Assembly (NCBI GenBank): GCA_024626585.2
Contig: JANKJI020000004.1
Coordinates: forward strand, 169,506,333 to 169,535,790
Length of the DNA: 29,458 nucleotides
Source of the DNA: Ginkgo biloba
Taxonomy: Eukaryota > Plantae > Ginkgophyta
Direction: 5' to 3'
Shown here: piece after piece, positions 21,125 through 29,458 of the stretch
How positions within the stretch are numbered: the first letter of the stretch is position 1
Layout of the letters: each line of letters begins with the position of its first letter
Translations under genes and position numbers: made by a program
The notes under the pieces: generated by a model
What the model was told of the DNA's origin: nothing
Database searches by the model: none
Seen by the model: the letters and a program-made list of their open reading frames with translations, nothing else

Positions 21125-21589
21125 TTCCTTTGATTTTGGTGTTTCCTTATTTTTAGGATCACCTTTGTTCATGTTCCAACATGTTGGTTCTCCACCTATG
21201 TAATATCTTTGCACAGGATCTTCTGTTTTGACTTGATTCGCATATTTGAATGCAAGATCACGAACTTGCTCGTATGACCTCATTGGGTGGAGCTTGATTT
21301 TCTCACAATAGGTGGGTAATAGCCCATCCACGAAGTAATTCATCAATGCAACTTGTAGTATCGTGTTGCTTCCTTTCAATTTGGCTACCAACACTTGGAG
21401 TCTGCCATCATAGTTTCGTATTGTTTCTTTTGTGGCCTGCTTAATCTCTTGAAGGGCCTTGTAGATTGCAGATGGGTTGCATAGTGTTTGGAAGTGATCT
21501 AGGAATTTCTCTTTAATCATGGGCCAAGAATTATCTTTGACACACTCGTACCATTATAGTGTGATTTCGTGAAGAGTTGAGAAAAATCT
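21125..21589 (-). mobile_element. gag: Ty3/gypsy gag fragment, less decayed (one stop)
   Basis: RFFSTLHEITL*WYECVKDNSWPMIKEKFLDHFQTLCNPSAIYKALQEIKQATKETIRNYDGRLQVLVAKL...LMNYFVDGLLP. Contains the major-homology-region motif IKQ...ET.R.Y..R and FV.GL. Confidence 0.9.
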
Positions 21590-22849
21590 TTGTTTTATTG
21601 CTACTTCATTTGTGATCCTCTATGTCTCTTTTCTTATGGAATCTTTGGGATCTTGGTCCTAGTTTTCCATTGGCTAGCCACCTCAGAGTTTTGGGACTTT
21701 CACTACTATTACCACCCTTGGATGACTACTTTTTGCATTATAAAAAAAAGGGAGAACAAACTCTTGAGATGGAGTGAGGTGTCCTTTTAGGGTGTAACTC
21801 ATCCTAAGATTAATTTAGGTCATATCCTAATCCAAAAGATTCAAAGAATAGATAGGGGGATTATCTCTTAAATATCTGTCTAAGCATAACTGATCATTGG
21901 CATTGTGTCTTCAAGAATGGCATTATCTCTCCTTGCCAAAAATTAAGCTCATCCTCTTTCTAATATATACTTTATTTATTTGCTCTAAGGAAAGTCTCCC
22001 TTTCTAATAGGAATTTTTATTATAGGGAGTCTAATTCTCCTCTAAGATGGAGGATTATGGCCTCCTTCCTTGCTCGTTGCTCCTAGCCCTTGACCCCTTA
22101 TAGCTCATAGTATTCATTTTCTAATAANNNNNNNNNNNNNNNNNNNNNNNNNNNNNNNNNNNNNNNNNNNNNNNNNNNNNNNNNNNNNNNNNNNNNNNNN
22201 NNNNNNNNNNNNNNNNNNNNNNNNNNNAAAATGCTAAGGTGAAAAACTCTCCATGAATCCCCCTTTAGTCATATCCCCCTCAATGAGCCTAACCATAGGA
22301 CCATGTACTAACCCTCTCTTAGTAAGATGGCACATCATAAAGTATCTTATGGAACATGATTTTTCTCTTAATGATGTAGTATCTCAAATTTATAGGACGA
22401 ATAGGACATGTGGGGCATCACACTTTCCTACTTGTAGAGGAGCATGAGTTTCTATGAACAAGGGTTTACTAGAGAACAAAAGAGTTTCCCTTATTATTGA
22501 AGAACTTATAATTTGACTTGAGGGTTTTTTCTTCATCATCACTCTCTATTGGGGCCCCCTTTTAACCTAATCTCCTTCTTTAACTATTTGTAACTTTCTC
22601 ATAGACACCAGTGCTTGTGCATGCCTCTTTAAATAAAATATATTTGATGTAAACATTTATGATTAGGAATAAAAATATTTCATAATATGTTTCCTTAAAA
22701 CCTAGAATTTTACAGTGTTCTGGTCTCCATATGAGCACTTCCTATGTATGATATATGTTCTATATACTTGTGTGCAAATGCCTCATCAACATTTATGTAT
22801 ATTTACATGATTACTTGTTCTTACACACCTTCTTTTTAGTGTAGAGACA

Positions 22850-23879
22850 ATGTTTTCCTTCTTCATTCAACCTTTAAAGTTCTACTCAGAATCTTTAAAT
22901 CTTGTGATAATCTTACATAATATTTCTTATCCTTCAAATTTGTTTTTAAACTTTACTAAGACTTAGTAATCTTTAAGGATTTTAGCCTCCTTCCATGATG
23001 ACTCAACAATTCTAGATTCAATCTTTAAATCATACTCACTAATTTTATTTAAATACTTGAGTTAGTGGACTATTGAAAGCAATCTTTCAAATTTCTTTCA
23101 GAAATCCTTTGTTACTTCATCTTAATTATGACTATACTTGACTTCCTTCCTTACATGAACTTCAAATTGGTAATGAATCCAGATAATCTATAAATATTTA
23201 TCAAAATATTAATAATATTTTCAATTCAAATGATGAATACCAATATTTTTGTAATTATTTATGAAGATTTACTAAAATTCAACAATCTTTAAAGTTTATA
23301 GACTTCTAGACTATAAAGATCATAAAGATCAACTCATAGACTCTAAACTTGACTTCTAAAGCTCTCCTTTAGGAAACAAAACCAATTTTTAGTTGTATTG
23401 CTTTGATTCTTTGATAACAATTAACTAGAAAACTATGTTAATAGTTCCTTATTCATGTACAGAGTTATCATTCAGTCCCAATTAGTCTCCACAACATCTA
23501 ATATTCACATATATACAAAAATGAACTCAAAGGATTATCATCAACAGATAACACATACAACATATACACATGATTGAATCCCATTTCATTACTTCAAATC
23601 ACAACTATCTACAATAACTAATTGAAAGAATTCATACATTACTTTATATCAACTCAGATTAACCTATCGTATCAATTCTAAGTTCACACCCATGGTGAAT
23701 GTTTATAATTCTTCAAATATATGTAGAACCCTTTGCCTAATTTATCCTAGATTATTCATTTTCAAACTTAAAATATTCATTAGGTGAATATTCTTTTACA
23801 TATTTATTCAAAACAAATAAAATAAAATAAAACCAAACTATGTTATTTACCTACATGTCGAAGGAACAATTTGTTCTTA
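22850..23879 (-). mobile_element. Possible LTR plus PBS plus leader/coiled-coil remnant
   Basis: Plus-strand TCTTTGATAACA (23408-23419) is 9/12 to the reverse-complement Met PBS GCTCTGATACCA. A/C-rich LTR-like sequence lies to the right and K/E/L-rich decayed coding-like sequence to the left. Confidence 0.3.
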
Positions 23880-23979
23880 NNNNNNNNNNNNNNNNNNNNN
23901 NNNNNNNNNNNNNNNNNNNNNNNNNNNNNNNNNNNNNNNNNNNNNNNNNNNNNNNNNNNNNNNNNNNNNNNNNNNNNNN

Positions 23980-24210
23980 AGGTTTTTTTACAATGTTATG
24001 AGTCACTACGGTTTATACCTTTAATGCTTGATAACTTTCAAGAAAATATATTTCAATATTCTTAAAATAGTTATGTTTGTTCTTCAATTTCATCTTGAGA
24101 GAAATTGGCCCATATATTGATTATGTTAGGTTTTGGGCCAAGTTGCTTGTCAATATCTATGGTCTCATTACCTAACATGGAATTCCCCTCTTCAAAATGA
24201 CCAAGATTTA
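23980..24210 (-). mobile_element. Tat/Ogre-like gypsy RT N-terminal region
   Basis: NETIDIDKQLGPKPNIINIWANFSQDEIEEQT*LF*EY*NIFS*KLSSIKGIN/VVTHNIV, similar to ET..INI...P..I.IGA.LS.EE......LF.EF.DVFAWSY.DMPGIDP.IV.H.I. Confidence 0.8.
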
Positions 24211-24669
24211 TAGGGAATGTATGTTGTATCTCAATATATATAATTTCTTTATTACAACCTTCTACTATAAAACCTTCTTATGGGTGTAACTCTTTTCAAA
24301 TACAAGTTTATGATATTAGAGAGATAAAGTTTTATCACCTTAATTGAGAAATTATAATATGACTTTGTCATTTTGAAATCGATTCATGTTATTAAAAGTG
24401 AGTTGAATCATATTAATTAAATGGACTTGAGTGGGTTATAGTAGCTCTTTATCTTGATCATTAACTAATGGACGACCAAAATTAGAATCCTTTAGAAAAT
24501 AGTATTATCTCAATCCTAAATAAATAAAGTATTTGATTAAAGACTCATAGGATTAATGATTAAATCTTTGCTATTGTTTCTTTTATAGGTGTTATGTATA
24601 TATAGGATTATATTTTTTTTAGATGTATGGTTTCCATTAGTTGAAGGGATCTACTCTCTCTTGATGATG

Positions 24670-24900
24670 TGAACATGTCCTTCGTGTAGGAATTAAATTT
24701 CTTTAAATAGTGTAGAGATGATTGTATACATATCATTTATCTAAAGTTTGACCCAATTCAAGGTTGTATTCAATATATTGGTCTATTTTTGTCACTTCAA
24801 CAGTAAATATTTTACCATCCAAAGCAATGGGAGCCAAGGAATTTCCAAGGGTTACTTTCTTTAATTTTCTAAACCCCTCACATATCTAGGTGGATGGTTC
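24670..24900 (-). mobile_element. Gypsy aspartic protease, C-terminal half
   Basis: ICEGFRKLKKVTLGNSLAPIALDGKIFTVEVTKIDQYIEYNLELGQTL/INDMYTIISTLFKEI*FLHEGHVHII, similar to PI.L.GK...VEV.VID..L.YNLLLGR.WI..M.A..STLF..I.FPHEGK...I. Confidence 0.85.
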
Positions 24901-25060
24901 CTCTTGATCATGCCTTTTAGTCATGTGACCCCTCTCTTAATATTATTTAAATACTAATTATCACTAACTAATCATTAATGATAATGAAGGTCATAAAATT
25001 AATTATAATTATGGTCATAAAATAATTCCTGATGGTTTCATAATTGAGGCAAGTTTGACA
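24901..25060 (-). repeat. LTR fragment related to 10053-10242
   Basis: tcatgtgacccctctcttaatattatttaaatactaattatcactaa...ttaatgataatga...attatggtcataaaat versus tcaagtgacccttcttttaatattatttaactactaatcatcattaa...ttaatgataatga...attatagtcataaaat. Minus-strand start TGTCAAAC at 25060. Confidence 0.8.
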
Positions 25061-26040
25061 TTGTATTTTACCTAAACTTACCCAATTGTAACTTGGATGT
25101 AAAAAAGAAAGGATAGATTTCTTAGAATATATTTTTTATTAGGAATATTAGATAGGTCAAAGATGAATAAATTTAGGAAGGGGGTCAATTCCTCTAGAGA
25201 TGTTAAGAACTTGATTTTATGGTCGAGTTAAGGAATCCCTATAGAAAAATATTATAAATCATCAATAATAGAGAATAACTTTCCTTTGGTTTGTTATGGA
25301 AGATGTTTCTAAAAGTAAAATCTTACTATCCTCCTTAGCATTGATTTTTTAAAGGGTGGTATTTTGACAATGAGGGGAGATGATTATGATTATTTGGTTA
25401 AGGAGAGACTTGCATGATTTATGAATTTGGTGAAGTGGTTCCAAGAGCCCCCCTTTATACTTGAGCTCATATGTTGACAAGAACCTTTGTTTGCTCAATA
25501 GAGTTAATCATACTAATAATTTTGGTTCCTTTTCTTTTGGATTCCTTATTAGAGAGGCAAGGGATAAAATATGTGAAGATGAAGTTGCTATCACTTAAGA
25601 GCCCTCAGTGAATTGTTGAAAGTGGACCACTCTCGTTGAAGAGGAAAAAAGTAGATCTTCTTCTTATTTATAAGACATGGATTATTAATTATATTATTAT
25701 TATTGAGATATTTTATTTTTGGTTCTTTATTTACTCTTCCCTTTCTTCTCATCATGTTTAAGGAAAGGGTCTTGATAGATATTTTTCTTATTATTTGGTT
25801 TTGAACTCAAGTTGTTATTTTTGTTATATTATCTTTGAATACATAAAAGGGAATGATAATTATTCTTATCATATCCATAAAATTTAAGATAGTCACACCA
25901 AATTTTAAAGTTATATGTGTCTTGAGTTTAGTCCAATTTTAAAGAAAATGATTTTTTTCCCCCCTTAGGAAGACTTAGGATTTTGTGTAATTGAATTAAA
26001 TGGTATTTGTCTCCTTTTTCAATTTGTAATCTTATTTATA
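25061..26040 (-). mobile_element. Tat/Ogre-like gag C-terminus (decayed zinc knuckle) and gag-protease linker
   Basis: YNFKIWCDYLKFYGYDKNNYHSL...IQ...PNNKKNIYQDPFLKHD (C.YH...GH....C..L pattern, decayed), then KIPPFKKSMLRR...FSIIDDL...FIFDL...FYIQVTI. Confidence 0.65.
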
Positions 26041-26044
26041 CTGG

Positions 26045-27497
26045 TATTTATTAACGATCAACTCCATCCCCTTGCAAAAATAGACTGGTTTGCATGCCCA
26101 GAGGAAGGGAGGACAAAATGGCATCAACACTGATGGGTCGAGAGGCCCTTCGCTTTAATAAAGGGAGGTTCCCTTTCATGAGTAAAAAATACTAAAAATA
26201 AAGAGATAAAAGGGGAAAAGAGCCTGAAGGGAAACCTGCTATACATACTATTCATAATAATTACAAGTGATTTCAAAGGGGTGTGTGGTTGGTTGGCTCA
26301 ATGCCATGAAATATACAGTTGGAGTGGAAGGAGGAACATAAATAGGAACTAGAGATAGTGATGATAAGAGCATACTAGAATGAGGGTCTGAATAGAAGGC
26401 CTCAAGTACTTCCTAAAAAGAAGAGAAAGCCAGGAAGAAACTCTAGGTAATTTGCCACACTTTGCTTGGACAACATTGTCAAAATAGCCATAGAGTAAAC
26501 CAATCCTAACACAAGTCTCTCAAACAACTCATCAGCATGGCTAGGTGAATCCAAGAAAGCACATTAAGAAAAATAACTAACTACAAGAATCACAACATTG
26601 CCAGAGACACATGTATTCAAACCTTCAAATGCAAACACCACAGTAGAGCTAGATACAAGTGCAAGTGCATTTTTACTTAATGTTATTCCTATGTGTAGTA
26701 GAAAACATCCCATAACAAGTGTTACAACATAGCCAAAAATACATACAAGGGGAATAAACTAGTACTACATTAGTGTTTTCCAAAATACATTCTCCCACTA
26801 TCGGGGTGGTTACAGAGGACCTTCAACAGACCATCTTCATGCCTACACCTTACTGCCCATACCATAAAAACTCTCATTCTTTTCTTCTTTTGATCATGAT
26901 GATATATAATATAGGACCAAAAAATAAAATATCTTCCTTGCCTCTGAACTGCCTCTTGGGGCACATTAATGAACTGTAGGGGGGAACTGCCATCGTTATA
27001 ATGGCTCATTTACTGCAAAAAATATCACTATTGCATTGTCTTAAAGGATGGCCAAGTTCGACCGCTAGTGATGAATTTACACTTGAATGCCGAGGGTGGT
27101 CAAGAATTTACCAGACTTCTCTACACTGGTGAATTTGGCCTCTCGCAAGCTCGGGATGGCAGGGGCCTTTTCTTCCTATCTTCTAATTCTGTAGAGGGTA
27201 CCAAAGGGGGGAGATTACGCGATGGTATTGTGTGGCACCATCACACACCCTTTTAATTTTATTTTTTAACTTGGGGCCCTGAGGCCCCAAGCCTTCTCTG
27301 TTGTAACTACGGGTTGCGGGGGCCCTACGATGGCACTACGTGGTGCCATTGTAGGGGATGACCCCTCGCTCCCTACGACTTCCTTATTTTCCACTCGGGA
27401 GGGCCCACCCTCACGAGGGGCAGGACCCTGATATCTTGCCTCATATTGGGATCTCAGGAGCTTGCTCCTCTTGAGGGGAAGGGGCCTCCCCTTTTGC
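26045..27497 (-). mobile_element. GC-richer, younger insertion; tentative LINE-derived (ORF1-like 5' part plus 3' UTR-like part)
   Basis: Sharp compositional change with CpG retained. The minus strand has a low-complexity P/G/S/R ORF (27266-27497), weak DUF4283-like words (L*DNAIVIFFA; GRYFIF; FLWYG..G..MK) and AATAAA at its 3' boundary (26047-26052). Confidence 0.35.
27323..27356. repeat. 34-bp near-perfect palindrome
   Basis: CCCTACGATGGCACTAC|GTGGTGCCATTGTAGGG: 15 of 17 pairs are Watson-Crick and the other two are G-T. Confidence 0.9.
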
Positions 27498-27597
27498 NNN
27501 NNNNNNNNNNNNNNNNNNNNNNNNNNNNNNNNNNNNNNNNNNNNNNNNNNNNNNNNNNNNNNNNNNNNNNNNNNNNNNNNNNNNNNNNNNNNNNNNN

Positions 27598-28560
27598 AAT
27601 ACCTCACAAATATGTCAGCAAGTTATTAGAAGGTAGATATTGAATTTTTGTAATAGTCTATAAAATCACTTAAGTGCCTCACCTGTGAGTGATTGTAGGA
27701 ATATTTTTAACACCAATTCATTATAGGAATATACTCCACACAAGCTAGTGCATAGGAATCCATATGAGTAATCTAATTATAACTTGAAGACCGATACAAC
27801 TTTAGAAGTTATGGCATGGGATGTGGCAGTATAGTTTATGTGACTACCATTGATAAGATATTTTTCATATAATCAGTATACGATTTCTTAAATATTGTTA
27901 TGAATTCAATGGCTTGGTTTGGATCTTGATTTCCAACTTTTATTTTTGATATGGTAGGTTTTTTTAAACCAATAGGAGTGTATTTATATAATGGTGGTGG
28001 ATGGTATGTGAAGGTTTATTGTGTATATAATGGTTGTACCTACATAATACCAAGTTGCATGGGATTTTGTGTCATGCAGGGTACGAAAGGGTTTTTTTGT
28101 AATGGAGGTTGTTATTTTGGGATATATGTGTGAGATCATATTAGTATATATATTGTACCTAGTGTGTGTTGGGTAGGGTGTGATGTGGCACCCATTATTT
28201 ATTATGTGATATGTTAATGTTGGGTGAAAATGTACCCACTTGAGGGCATTGGGTTTTATGGCATTTTTTGTTATAAGGGAACTTTTTGTACATTAAATTA
28301 TGTTTTTTGTACAAAACTTTATTCTTATTATATATGTGGTTGATTGGTGGAATGTTGTAGAATTCTAATATTTTCGATTAGTTGTGTGTTTCCAAGTGGT
28401 GTCTATTGGAAATGTTGACTATGTTCATTAGAATAGTGTTCATCCTTTATGCAAGAGTATTTTATGGGGTTTCTATTTATGGTATATATTTTTTATTTAT
28501 TTACACCATGTATGGTATTTGTACATGTATTAAATGGGGTATATTCACTTGTATAATTAA
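27598..28560 (-). mobile_element. gag: Tat/Ogre-like gag N-terminal and capsid region
   Basis: 27598-27830: THMDSYALACVEY/SYNELVLKIFLQSLTGEALK*FYRLL/NSISTF**LADIFVRY (LF..SL.G.AL.WF..L...SI.TF..L...F). Preceded by a long Q/P/T/N-rich tract (G/T-rich on the plus strand). Confidence 0.75.
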
Positions 28561-29079
28561 CCACTAAACCTTTTGAAGGAGTCACTAGATAGTCCTAAGT
28601 GCCAGCTAAGCCTTGTGGTAAGGATTGTTTGTGTTGTGTCATAACATGGGTATGTGAAAAATGTGTACTTTTTAGGATTATATTAACTCTTTTAGGGGTG
28701 GAAATATCAACTTATAATGTTGTATCATAAGTGGGTTAAAATTATGTGGATAATTGTTTAGTATTTTATCTATAAAAAAAAAAATTCAATATAAGTTTCA
28801 TTAAATTCATACTCATCTTCATATGTAACAAAAAGAGTAGGAGTATTTAGGGATTATTTATGCATGGTTGAAAATGTTTTTAATGATATGGAGCTCATAC
28901 TTTTTAATTATAGGATTTGTAGATGAGAATGCCTCCCTATTATTCCTATTTNNNNNNNNNNNNNNNNNNNNNNNNNNNNNNNNNNNNNNNNNNNNNNNNN
29001 NNNNNNNNNNNNNNNNNNNNNNNNNNNNNNNNNNNNNNNTGAATAAATGATATAAGGTGTAGTTATTTGATTGTGTAAA

Positions 29080-29458
29080 TATGCAACAAGGATTAAAAAC
29101 CCCATTTATGGCCTTAACCAGGGCCCAAGATAAATATCCCTTAATAAAATTTAAAATAAGGGACAAATAGGCTTAAGAAAATACTCAAAAAAAGGAACCC
29201 TAACCTAAGGGACACTTAGAGTCTTCATAAATGCGCAGGAGCCTACATTTGAAGAGTTGTAACCCTTAGAGTGAGGAACTCTTTATGTATCCTATAAAAG
29301 GACATTCTCTCTTCTTTATTCACATCAGTCAATCATTGACTATTATTTCTTCTTCTACTTGTGAGAACCTATATTTTAGGATCATATTTCTCCTCTCTTC
29401 TACTTAGGAAAGAAGAGTTTTTCCCTCTTCTACTTAGAAGCAGAGTGCTTCCCCTTCA
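29080..29458 (+). mobile_element. Probable LTR, truncated by the window end
   Basis: TATA box CCTATAAAAGG (29291-29301), followed by a pyrimidine-rich R-like region with three CTTCTACTT direct repeats. Confidence 0.45.

Noticed and set aside
27951-28567. Small Cys/Gly/Tyr-rich peptides (ORFs 27951..28133 and 28382..28567)
   Set aside because: Antisense of the Q/P/T/N-rich gag N-terminal tract. The composition follows from the G/T-rich strand.
1-29458. A novel multi-gene system, or endogenous virus genes (e.g. caulimovirid movement or coat protein)
   Set aside because: There are no intact, co-oriented, unexplained ORFs. All recognisable coding remnants fit LTR/LINE elements or the GH5 pseudogene. 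Regions 6310-7100, 18430-20250 and 21590-22850 remain unassigned but show no motif I can support.

Overview
AT-rich, strongly CpG-depleted eukaryotic DNA from a fragmented draft scaffold with many N-gaps, mostly about 100 nt. The element types suggest a giant plant genome, most likely a gymnosperm; this is an inference from hand translation, with no database search. I find no intact host gene, RNA gene, CRISPR array or prokaryote-type system. The window is mostly nested, decayed transposable elements: several Ty3/gypsy gag, protease, RT, RNase H and integrase remnants, Ty1/copia integrase/RT remnants, LTRs with primer-binding sites, a solo LTR carrying a 21-bp minisatellite, gypsy accessory-ORF remnants, LINE (L1) ORF1 fragments and a probable non-autonomous DNA transposon. 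The one clear host-derived sequence is an apparently intronless pseudogene of a plant GH5 glucan 1,3-beta-glucosidase with a fascin-like insert (about 4931-6310, minus strand). It is split by an insertion plus gap, has a duplicated internal segment, and has lost its catalytic NEP motif. Most entries in the supplied ORF track are antisense or N-gap artefacts. I could not support a previously undescribed biological system. The best leads are the GH5 retrocopy, the accessory ORFs and a GC-rich hairpin cluster at 27.2-27.5 kb. All protein strings below are my own translations across stops (*) and frameshifts (/), and boundaries are approximate unless stated.
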